Source: Streblomastix strix (lineage: Eukaryota). Taken from it: a DNA stretch of 32,702 nucleotides. The DNA is taken from the NCBI GenBank assembly GCA_008636045.1, contig SNRW01000067.1:1-32702 (forward strand), read 5' to 3'. The notes under the pieces are model-generated. The model saw only the letters and a list, made by a program, of their open reading frames with translations, searched no databases and was not told the origin of the DNA. Shown here piece after piece: positions 11,075 through 21,559 of the stretch (position 1 is its first letter; each line of letters opens with the position of its first letter). The position numbers and the translations under genes are program-made.

Positions 11075-11480
11075 CAAATTATTTCAAAGCATTAACCTAT
11101 GTGTTATACATATAAGACTATTTATTTGAATCTAGTGCATATATACTATTTATTATAGTATTCATCTTAATTCTAATTCGTGTAAGATACTCAATAGCAT
11201 CTAGTTTAAACGTTCCATTTGAATTCTTAACTTATTGATACAAATTTGGTGCTTTTAAATTATGTCTTAGTTCAATATAATCATCATCATTGAAGAAACA
11301 TAGATTTAAAGGTATATTGTTCATGCTGTTACTTTAAAATTATCTATATCCAGTAGGGGCTTAAGCTATCTATTCAACGTAATCATTTTCGCTATCATTG
11401 TTAATTATTTACGACTGTATTTAAGCTATTTGTTCAAAGCAAAAATAGACTTAGTGTAGATTGAAAGATTGAATATTCTC
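11075..11480 (-). CDS. Hypothetical viral protein (start unclear)
   Basis: Open frame ...APTGYRQFQSNSMNNIPLNLCFFNDDDYIELRHNLKAPNLY...HIGQCFEII* directly downstream of KilA-N. Confidence 0.4.
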
Positions 11481-12297
11481 AATAAATTGACGGTTCTTTA
11501 ACAGTATTTTTGATTGTTTCCATTATTTCATTTGTATTTTAATCATTTGGAATAGTAAATTTAAGGTTTTTCATTTTGATATTTCTATCGTTTAACTTCT
11601 CTTTAATTTCATAATTAGTTATATTAGCAATAGGTAAATTACCAGTGATTAGAGTAGACCTTTTAAATAAAGTTGGTTAATTCTTTAAACAACTTCTATG
11701 TAATCTATGAACTTTGTATTATTTTCCATCAATGTCTTCGATAATGAGTTCAATTGAGTAAACATAATCGTATTATCTATCTTATGGAACTAATCTTGGT
11801 TCCATATGTTATATTGTTTTACTATAGTCAGTGTTCTCACGTTAAAGTTGTTCGATTATTCTATCCTTATTATCATCAAACGTTAAATATGTTAATTACA
11901 TATTTTCGTTACTTAAATCTATTATCTAACTAACATTATGCAAGTATTTTATACTAGTTTTCATACAGATGAAATTGATTAGTTCTTTACATATATGCGT
12001 TCCTCTTACCTCATTATTATATTCATTTACTAGTTAATATTCTAGGGGGAGGGGTTGGCTCATTTTTGATCCAGCCCCTTCATAACTGATAAATTACTAC
12101 ATTTCTCTTTACATTGGTAATCTAGTTAAATTTTTCAATAATTTATTTGTAAAATCCTTTTCATTAATAAGTTGTACTAATTTGGTGGAATTAACGTATC
12201 CATCTTAATCTCTTATCATTATCTCAAATCCATTATATGTTCCGATAGTAAAGATTGCGTTATTGGATGAAATTATAGTTGCTACAAGTTGAGTCAT
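11479..12297 (-). CDS. KilA-N (APSES-like) DNA-binding domain protein, 272 aa
   Basis: GTYNGFEIMIRDQDGYVNSTKL...EVRGTHICKELINFICMKTSIKY, followed by a coiled coil. KilA-N genes are typical of metamonad Mavericks and large DNA viruses. Confidence 0.85.
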
Positions 12298-12381
12298 TTA
12301 TGAAAGTAATAAATACTGAAAAATATACAATCTAAATTTCAAATCATAGCTTTTAAATCATTAATCATTTCATCAATATAC

Positions 12382-12582
12382 TCATTTCTATTTTTCTCCA
12401 ACTTCATCCTTTAATTCCTTTTGCCAATGTAATTTTTAATGTATTCTTTATATTAAAATTTCATTATTTTACTTTGATATTTATCTTAATTATTCATGCT
12501 AATCAAGTAATGAAAATATCGTTTATAATTGTTAATAATGATTGTTAATTAATTTCTATTCTTCTGGTGTGATTTAAGGCAT
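12382..12582 (-). CDS. Small hypothetical coiled-coil protein
   Basis: MPQITPEEQKLINNHYQQLQTIFSLLDQHEQLRQ...; may extend to ~12340 via a frameshift. Confidence 0.4.
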
Positions 12583-12656
12583 TTTTATTAAGATAAAAAT
12601 AATAAATTCAATTTAATAAAGATTTAAAGTAAATTTAGTCTACTTTCTATTGTTAA

Positions 12657-12940
12657 TCAATCAATTATTTTTCTTCCTGTGTTATCTTTTTCAATTATAT
12701 CTTCTATTATATATTGTTTACATCAATTGGATAGATATACTGGTACTATCCGTATTACTTAAAAAACTTGTAGTACTTTGTTTTACCATTTTTAGATTCG
12801 GTTAATTAATAGAATTGTTTGTTGTATAATCTTAGATCATTAAACTTATACTCACCAATCTTATCAACAACCTTACCGTTAGTCATAATATTATACTGCA
12901 ATTAATGGAATTTTTATTTATCTTCTTATGAGTAACTCAT
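12657..12940 (-). CDS. Small hypothetical protein (~90 aa; may contain a frameshift)
   Basis: MSYSQEDKQKFHQLQYNIMTNGKVVDKIGEYKFNDLRLYNKQFY... Confidence 0.4.
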
Positions 12941-12978
12941 TTTAAATTAATGTTAAAAAAATTAAAAAATTATGTTTT

Positions 12979-13191
12979 TCACTATCTCGAACCATTAATG
13001 TATCGATCTACTCCAACGACTATTCGTTACCCTACTCTCATAGCTGCTCTTACACCTGGATGAATCATACTAACAGGTGCAGCTAATGAACCTATAACTT
13101 TATTCAATGTTGGAGCTACCCAACTTGCAGCCTTAGTTGTACCCCCTAATATTTTACTACCGAAATTCTTAAGACCTGACCAAAAACAAAT
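12979..13191 (-). CDS. Adenovirus protein VI-like amphipathic (membrane-penetration) peptide, ~70 aa; start codon apparently mutated
   Basis: xxFWSGLKNFGSKILGGTTKAASWVAPTLNKVIGSLAAPVSMIHPGVRAAMRVGQRIVVGVDRYINGSRQ*. Head-to-head with the capsid gene. Confidence 0.7.
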
Positions 13192-13250
13192 TTATTTTAT
13201 TAAAAAATAATTAAAGTTAACGTTTATGCTGTTTCCTTTTTATTATCTAA

Positions 13251-15215
13251 ATGTCATTTGCATCAAGCGATTATTTGAAACGATTAACTTCAGCGTAACA
13301 TTCGGATTACATTAATTCATAATCAAAATTCTAGGAAATAATGCAGACTCAAACTATTGTAGCATAATCATTTAGTACGTCTAAGTAAAAATTCTTTGAT
13401 TAACCATTAATTCAACTTACGAATGATGGTGCACATTGTACTGGAGCTCCACTTGCAGCAAGAGGTACTGCCACATGTTCATGTGTTAAAACTTGTAAAA
13501 TCAGTTGGTAAATATACACACCAGCAAAAACATTAACGATAAAGGTTAATTTAGTGCAATCTAATGGAGCTGAAGGTTAAGTTTAAAATCGATAAATATC
13601 TAATTATAATGTTATTGTTACAGGATTATGGAATTCACCTTAAACAGTAATAATGGAATCAGGAGAAGAAGAAACGAAGTAGGATTATAACTTTGACGAA
13701 TATATTAGATTTTGGTTAGGTTTCTCAACAGCTTGTGGACCATCTAATTAGATTGTTATATATAAGGATTCATAGAAATTACGGGATATTTCAATATATG
13801 CAAGAGAATAAGCAATAATCTCATCAAACTCATTGACCGATTAATTTACCTCTAATTCTGTAACAGTTTCACCACTTGAAAGTATGGTATAAAATAAACG
13901 ACATTGTGGGATATTTATTGATATACAAGTATTTAAGATTAGAGTTGCAAGTTCTTATTATTATTTGATTCCTTATGACATAATATTTAATGGAGTAATG
14001 GATTTGAACTAATTGAATACTATCTTTAACAACTTTCCTGTATTAACTAAAAATTATGCGTCATTGTGTATTTAATTATGGATGTAAGATTTCTTATAAG
14101 ATTTGAAGATTGTTTGGTTAAATAAATATAACCCAGTAGATAATTCATATATAGCCTATACAATGATTCCACCGGCGATACAGGATATAATTTACTTGAA
14201 AAATAGAGCTGCAGCAGTGGTTTAGGATAAATACAATATTCGATTAGTTAATATAGAAGGTAAACCTAATACAACTACTATACCTACAGCTACTATTAGT
14301 TAAATTAAAATTGCTAAATTTAATGAATTGAACATAAATAATCTATATTTTAATATGGAGAATGAAGGTGTAATTGTTGATATGATTCATAATCAAAGAC
14401 TCGTTAATTTTCCAACATAAGTTCAACATACTTAATCATCTAATTATCCTGCAAGTAATATTGGTGATGGAGGTGGATTTATTTAAACAATAATGTAATT
14501 TGCTAACATCAAGTCTATGTTTGTTACTTTCGCTATGCCATAATATCCTATATGGATCTTCGTTGCTCCGTTCAAAAATATTGATTTGATTATATATTAA
14601 CATCATGTTATTCCAAGTGCTTATCTAGCTTTATCATAAGATGTCAGCGGTTAAATGTTTGATTGTTTCGTTGATTAAGATGTAGTTAATGCATCATCCG
14701 ATTTATATCATTCATTAGTGATTGAAAACCAATATATAGATGATAAGAATTATCCTTATGGAATTGAATATCTTGAAATAGGGGGATAACTTAGACCTGT
14801 ATCAAACCTATTTTATGAAACAACATTATATAATGGTTCTAATGCAATAAAAGTATTCTATCCTAATAAGTTTATGCTAGCATGGAAATTTGCTACTGAA
14901 GATTCATTTATGAGGGGATATAACTTATCTAAGTTAGGAGTAAGAACTAATATATAAGTATAAATTGGATTTAAATCTATAGATAATATATGTTCTGATG
15001 AACCTATAAGATCTGCTCTAATTGATTAAATTGATTTAAAATACTTTAAATCAACTAGATATTATCCAAATGTTAAGAATTCCAAATTTACACCATTAAC
15101 TTATTATCTATGCGATGGAATTGTTCGAATAATGTTTGATGATAACCCAGATCTATAAGTACTATCGTTAGAGGTTATTGGTGAAATAGGAGGTAGTGCT
15201 ATTCGTAGTGGATGA
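13251..15215 (+). CDS. Putative double jelly-roll major capsid protein, 654 aa
   Basis: Fully open 655-codon frame under TAR=Gln (checked codon by codon), beta-rich (IRFWLGFSTACGP, IFNNFPVLTKNYASL, YYLCDGIVRIMFD). It is the longest intact ORF and lies upstream of the packaging ATPase. The fold is inferred from size and context. Confidence 0.8.
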
Positions 15216-15241
15216 AAACTATTTATTTTTATTTAATTTAA

Positions 15242-15673
15242 ATGAGTCAAGACCAATAGAAAGTATTCAAAGCATTAACGACAAAGATAATCAAAGACAA
15301 TTTTAAACAAAAATAAATGAATTTTGTATCATTATTCTTATCAATTTTTAATTATATATTCTACGGAGCTAACTTCTTATTATCTATTATTAGTTTATCG
15401 ATAACAGATCAAACGTAAGAATTAATCAACGTATTTAAAAAACTATGGAGTTATTTTGATGTGATAGTGATTCCAATTAGTATTATAATCTATATTGTTA
15501 AATTCATCTATCATCGTAAAATGAACACAATAAAAAAGGACTAACATTGCAGTTAATATACGATTGATGAGTTATATTAGTTAGTATAATTAGCGATTGA
15601 AAATAAAGATCTTAAATTAGCTTAGCATTATCGATACTTAATTACATTAAAATTAATTAATTAACACAATTGA
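15242..15673 (+). CDS. Membrane protein with two predicted transmembrane helices, 143 aa
   Basis: Hydrophobic segments FVSLFLSIFNYIFYGANFLLSIISLSI and YFDVIVIPISIIIYIVKFIY. Intact; TAAATG start. Confidence 0.7.
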
Positions 15674-15674
15674 A

Positions 15675-16706
15675 ATGAGTTCATCTGAAATAAAGCAAAT
15701 ATAGTTTGATACTTATAATATGCTAGACGAATATAAAACAAAACCACTAACGCCTAAATCTATCTTCCTTATTAACGCAAACCATTATAATGTAGGAGCT
15801 GTTGGAAGTGGTAAAACAACATTAATGAGTAAACTAATTATATTGTATAAACATATAATTAACCTCCAAATATTATACTTCTCAAACTTGCTACAGGATG
15901 AAAGTATGTCATTAAATATGAATGATAAAAATATAACAATTAATAGCATAATTTATAAAGATGCAATGATGTTCTTACCTCAATTCGATGAGATTTAATA
16001 CAAGGTTAAAGAGATATATGCCTATCTGAAATTAAAATAAATGAAAATTATATATAGTAGTGATTATATTAAATAACGCAAATAGAATATATATGTTAGT
16101 AATGAATTAAAGAAGGTTGAAACGAATTAATAATTTACAACTAGAGTGAAAGAGTAATTTAAAATCTATTGGATTGAAACAATTAATGAATATAACTAGC
16201 CTACAAAATTAATATAACAAACTATCCCCTCGTTAGCTTAAAATGTTAGTTATGAGAATAGATTGAAAATAATTGATACATAAGAAATAGACGAAGATGG
16301 AGTATCAATAATTAAACCACTAAAATTACTAATACTTTTAAATGCACGATTATTATCTACATTAATGATCATTGATGATATTGGTTCTAATACAGATATA
16401 TAAAGATATACTTAATAGTTATCTCGTACAATAACTCATCACGTTAGTTATAGTAGACATTCTAATAATACACTATTCTTTGTTACTTAATGGATGTAAT
16501 ACTTGTTTAAAACTGCTCAAATATTATGTCATGTGACAGTCCTTAGGGCTAACCTTGGAAAAAGTGGATTTAAATAGATTTATAATGAGAATAATATAAA
16601 CATATTATCGGAGTAAGAGCTAATGATATTATATAATACATCGAATAAGTATGATTTTATTGCTATTAATAAGTGGTTATAACGATTTGAAATTATTAGA
16701 TAATGA
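15675..16706 (+). CDS. A32/FtsK-HerA family DNA packaging ATPase, 343 aa
   Basis: Walker A GAVGSGKT, Walker B LMIIDD, A32 signature SRHSNNTLFFVTQ. Intact under TAR=Gln. Confidence 0.92.
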
Positions 16707-16755
16707 TATAACTGAAGGATATGGTAAATAAATTTGCTATTATTTTTGGATATAA

Positions 16756-16896
16756 ATGATTTGGGAAATAATTAGTAGTGTCTCGTTAATGATTATAACT
16801 TGCAACAACTTATTAAATTGTGTCAAAATAATATATCAAATAAAAATAGATAATGAAGAGAATAGTGATGAAGTAAGAAATTCAATTTATTCCTGA
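16756..16896 (+). CDS. Tiny protein with hydrophobic N-terminus (46 aa)
   Basis: MIWEIISSVSLMIITCNNLLNCVKIIYQIKIDNEENSDEVRNSIYS*; TAAATG start. Confidence 0.45.
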   Translation: MIWEIISSVSLMIITCNNLLNCVKIIYQIKIDNEENSDEVRNSIYS

Positions 16897-16902
16897 ACTA
16901 TA

Positions 16903-17659
16903 TCAAAATGATTAATTATTAATAGCATATGAATCGCAAACCTAAACACAAAAATCATCAGGTAAATGAATCTATCACATTGTATTAATTATAACATTAC
17001 CATTACGATAAATATGGCAATCAATAGGTATTGCTCCATTCCAACAAATCGGATAACCAATATTTTTTAACTCCAAACAATACAGCACTTAAAGGTATGT
17101 TTCGTGATGTTCCTGTGAATTTAGGTTTTATAGCATTATTAATAATAGAAAACATAGTATATCCTGATTCCGTTAATGTATTCGGATCAGAGTGAATTAT
17201 TTACAGTGATATGTATAATCTACTATTTTATGTTGTTAATGTACTCCATATTCGTTGCTCATACATTCCATAAGAAATTGATGAATAATGTGTATTTTCA
17301 ATTAGTTCATAATCTAATTAATCTTTTTCAATAGAATCTTCATTTGCTAGAAGTAATTAGTTTGCTGTACCATTAGTTTTTATAAATTAATCGGCAATAA
17401 TTGATTGTGTGAATTATTTGTTTTCTGTTATTGTTTGATCTGTATCTAATGTCATTAAATTAGATAAATCAACATCCTTAGTTTTCATGTATTAGCTAAA
17501 GTAAGTAAACAGTTTAATTATCTCTGTTTCAATGAAAGAGATTAATTATTTTTATAGCTTCTCTAATTACTTTACTTCTTCTTATTTTTATTATATCTCT
17601 TGCGGTTATTTTTGTATATTCATTAACTCCTCCTCAACTGGTTCGATTAATGTTTCCAT
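16903..17659 (-). pseudogene. Putative virion fibre / receptor-binding protein, degenerate at the 3' end
   Basis: N-terminal coiled coil, then VDLSNLMTLDTDQTITENKQF...FIKTNGTANQLLLAN (phage tail-fibre-like motifs), then a beta-rich head. Frameshift near 17065 and an in-frame TGA. Confidence 0.6.
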
Positions 17660-17685
17660 TTGATTTAAAAATAAATAGTAAAAAT

Positions 17686-18350
17686 TCACTTATTTCTATT
17701 TTTGGTTTTGGTTCGTCTGACTGTCTAACGAAGTCATTTTTGACTCGATATAGCTTCTCAACTTAGTTCTAAAGAACATTATCAATTACACTAATATTTA
17801 CATTTTTAATTAATGCATCAATTACTTTAACAAGGTCTTTCTTCTTATATTTCTTTGTCATTCATGAATGCGATTACGTTAGTGGTTCCTCTAATACTAT
17901 TTCAATATCATTATCGTATTCTTTTGTGATTAGTGACCAAAATTTAATGAAATTATCACTACTCAATATGAAGTCATCTCCTCGTTTTCTTGATGTAGTT
18001 ACTTTCCAGATACAATCGATAACAAATTTAAGAACCTCTAGATTTGAATGTGCTAAGAAAATATTTTTAACTACTTCCTCTGGTTCAACTTAAGCAGTCT
18101 CTCGTTCTGCTTCTTTGTATTTATTTTTATTGTAATGCTTCTTAGGTCAAACTTCGAGCTATTGTTCATTAATTAACACTTCTTACTTATTTTCTTATTA
18201 TGGAATTGATTAGTTTCTCAAGGCTTAATCAAACGATTATAATCTAGGTTTATCTTCTTCCGATAACTCTTTCTTCATAACTTTAATTTATTTTTTGTGA
18301 TTTACTCATACGGAGCTAATTCCTCTCGATACTTGAAATTATTTAAATCA
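17686..18350 (-). pseudogene. Degenerate hypothetical viral protein
   Basis: Charged reading frames (...KEAERETAQVEPEEVVKNIFLAHSNLEVLKFVIDCIWK...KKYKKKDLVKVIDALI...) broken by TGA codons and frameshifts. Confidence 0.4.
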
Positions 18351-18373
18351 ATTAAAAATTTAATAATTGATAA

Positions 18374-18919
18374 ATGGATAAATCACAAGCCTTAAGAAAA
18401 ATGAAAGAAAATGGAACTACATTCAAAAGCTTTAATGGAGGTTATCTAATGTAAATAGGTATGTATATTAAAATATTTGAAGATGGTTAGAAGATCCCTA
18501 AAGTATTAACATAAGCTTAATAGAATAAGTTGTTATAGATGCCGATAATAAAAGAATAAGACGATTGATTAGTATATCAAGATGATGAAGATGAAAGTGA
18601 AGAAGAATAAGAAACATAAGTTCTAACAGTTAAAAAGAAGGTTAAAGCAATATAAAACTAACCCACTATTAAATATACTACTCTTTAAATAGATCTTGAA
18701 GAGCTAATTAAATTGCGAACTGAAAATTAATTCATCAAGTAATAACATATAGAATCGTAAAAGCAAATTAATAAATATAAGAATAAACTTAAATCAATGA
18801 AATAAGTTAAAAAACCTACAATTAAAGAATTAGTTAAAGAAGAACCTATCGAATAAGATTCACAACCAATTTAATAACAATTTAGTGAAAGATACCTTAA
18901 TGAGTTCGAGTTATATTGA
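18374..18919 (+). pseudogene. Hypothetical acidic/coiled-coil protein (~181 aa) with one in-frame TGA
   Basis: MDKSQALRKMKENGTTFKSFNGGY...DDEDESEEE...YLNEFELY*. The stop abuts the inner edge of the right TIR. Confidence 0.55.
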
Positions 18920-19274
18920 TTATTTTTAATCATTATCTGCATCGTTATCCTAAATGTGCTAATAATATTCGATTATTACCACTATTTACCCTCTGTTCCT
19001 TAAAAAGTATTACAAAATCGATTAAATTAAGCATTTTTTTAAGAGCAACGAAAGTTATTTTTATTGAAATTTAACTTTAAAATAGTGCTTTTGCGTTGAT
19101 TTTTCGATTATTGCATCGACCAGTTGGTCCTTGAAGATATTGCAAATTCGTAGATTTTAAGATTGATATTATAACTATTTATATCTTTAAATGTGAGGAT
19201 TTTTGGTACTGTTATTTTGTAAGATTTGCTTATGCTTTTTAGAAAAGATGCAAATATCCTCTGTAATTAGTAGT
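18916..19274 (-). repeat. Right terminal inverted repeat
   Basis: Ends ...GATGCAAATATCCTCTGTAATTAGTAGT; reverse complement of 722-1082. Confidence 0.96.
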
Positions 19275-19351
19275 CATATTATTGCAAATATATTTCTGAA
19301 AATAAAGTATCTAATTAAAAATATTATGCAACAGAGTTTTTATTTAAGTGA
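19275..19351 (+). pseudogene. 3' end of the interrupted integrase whose 5' part is 1-721
   Basis: Joining through the TSD gives ...LIKITS|YYCKYISENKVSNQKYYATEFLFK* (TGA 19349-19351), which aligns with VKIPIYFAKKVSGYLENLDIKYKYTFL of the 8094-9296 integrase. Confidence 0.75.
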
Positions 19352-20147
19352 AAAAATAAAAAATTATTTATTTATTTATTAATTTTTTATCGAATAATAA
19401 ATAGCAGCAATTGAGTATATCAACGAGATAATCAACGAAGCGACATAAACTGAATCATCGCAAAATGAATCAACCGCAGGCGAAATCTAAGAGATAATAT
19501 CTTCAACAAAACAAGGATGTTTCAAAAGTTAATGATATGCAATTATTGATAATCAAAAATTTTAAAAAAATGATGTTTATTAATGAATCTACAATTGTTC
19601 ATCATTGTCAATTTCATCAAACAAATCATTACAATAATCGGCCAATTAGTCGATGACATTTATTCAATTTCATCAATAAAATTTGATTCGACTGATTCTA
19701 TTAATCATCTTATGCTAACCAAATAAGGTGATACATATCGCTTAAATCATTGATTTGAGCTATAAGTTGTGAGAGAAAAAGAAGCCTGAGCAAACTCGGC
19801 AAACGTGCATCAAAAGTCGCACTGCATAAAAGAATCACATTAATTGTTGAAACAGTGCATATTAATATCTATTTCCATTGCTTAATTTATTGTTTATCTA
19901 TTATTTTACTTCCATAAATTTATTCACGAACAATATTCCATCAATTGTTTTGCAACAATAAAATTATTCGAATATAATAATCAATACAAATAACGATATT
20001 CAACAATTTAAAATCAATAATTTACACAATTTCAGGATTTTGACAATTCTATTCAGTAATCATATATCATCTGTATGTTAGAACCATATGGTTTTCTGGA
20101 CCAAACAATTGAGGTGCTTTTGTCATGTTAGCGCAGACTTATTTTTC

Positions 20148-20477
20148 TCTCACTTCTAAGCAGTGATCTTCTGCAATACGAAGAATAAAGTAGATTGGCT
20201 CACAGATAAAATGAGGAAATCTGGATTTACTGTAGTATCTATGCATGATGGTATGAAATAGAAAAAACGTAATACAATTATGGACAAGTTTAGACGTGGA
20301 GAAGCTAGAGCATTGATCATAACAGATATCTGGGCTAGATAAATAGATGTAAGTCATGTATCTTTTATAGTTAACTATGATATTTCAGAGAATAGAGAAT
20401 TATATATTTATAGAATTTGGAGACTTGGAAGATATGGAAGAAAAGGTGTTGCAATCTCATTTGAGAAATGCCAATGA
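20148..20477 (+). pseudogene. EIF4A3: eIF4A-III (DEAD-box helicase) C-terminal domain fragment
   Basis: [19 protein letters not shown]...TDIWARQIDV...[27 protein letters not shown] and NRELYI are eIF4A3-like. Motif VI is degenerate and no N-terminal domain lies nearby. Confidence 0.85.
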
Positions 20478-20809
20478 AAGGTACTGATTTGATTTGATTT
20501 GAACGGAGTGTGTTTTATTTACTCTTTTATTTTCTTTTCATTTTACAAACAAATAACTTAATAAATATTAATAATGAAAAATTTATTTGTAATCAAAATG
20601 CACAAATGACTTAAACAATTTAATTTATTAGGTATAATAATAAATTCCAAGATTCAATCAGCAAATTGGCTAACAAATACAATCAATATAAACAAATAAT
20701 TATTTGGTGCTCAACAATTTATTAGAGCAAAAACGAAAAGCAAAATTAACAATGTAGTGGAATGTGTAAGGTAATAAACAGATTAAATAATCAGCTTTTA
20801 ACAGTAATG

Positions 20810-21436
20810 AACGACACTTATGATCATTTGCAGATCCTTGGTTAGTAATTCATCTGCCAGCGTGCTTATTCTTCTCTTCGACGACGCTCGGCTGTTTCAG
20901 GGTCTTCAAACCGGTTGATAATGGCCTCTTTAGAGCGACTAGCAGAATCTTACTGCTGATGGTCAAATCCAAACATTCTTACTAAACGAGGCCTTTTCCG
21001 ATTCTGATTTTTGAATATCAAAGAATCGACATCTTCTGCTCCACCGTCGTCTTCTAACTGCTCCTGTGCTTCAAGAATATGCTCTCTGTCATGAATTGAC
21101 CAAATTCCTTAATTAAATTCTGTAAATACATTCCCAATCTCGGCAACGGATTCATTTACAATTTAATCGTTTTCTTGCTTATTCCCGCCGCCTTGGCTGA
21201 TCTCGGGCAATTATTGGCTAAGATTTTGATGCAGCTCTGCAAAATGTTCTGATTCAAACTAATATTGAGAATTGAGAGACTATTCTCGTTCGGAATTCGG
21301 GTTTGGAAGATATTGTGGCGGGAATGCAGGCCTGTGAGGCTGAATGAATGAGAACTGATACGGATCTTGTATTCCAACTCCTGTCTATTTTGATGCTGTT
21401 GTGCTACCGTTCGGCGCGTGAAAAAAGGAATTCATT
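20810..21436 (-). pseudogene. GC-richer, intronless, frameshifted ORF, possibly a retroelement 5'/gag-like fragment
   Basis: MNSFFHAPNGSTTASKQTGVGIQDPYQF...RFEDPETAERRRREEQARW. Composition (more G+C and CpG) differs sharply from the flanks. No diagnostic motif. Confidence 0.35.
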
Positions 21437-21559
21437 TTTGCGTGCGAGTATGGAGACCGATAAGCATTTTCTCATCATTTCAATTTTAATCGTTTTTAGT
21501 TTGTACTAATTTTATGAATTATTTTATTATTTGATATATTTAAACTTTTTGAAGTGCAA

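Larger units (their letters stand above)
722..19274. mobile_element. Full-length endogenous Polinton/Maverick-like dsDNA virus (~18.5 kb)
   Basis: ~360 bp TIRs and a 6-bp TSD (CATATA 716-721 / CATATT 19275-19280). Intronless, densely packed ORFs for pPolB, rve integrase, A32-like ATPase, putative major and minor capsid proteins and KilA-N. Confidence 0.95.

Noticed and set aside
19400..20130. Possible ORF remnants right of the insertion
   Set aside because: Fragmented frames with no recognisable motif.
20139..20357. Minus-strand track ORF of 72 aa
   Set aside because: Antisense to the eIF4A3 fragment.
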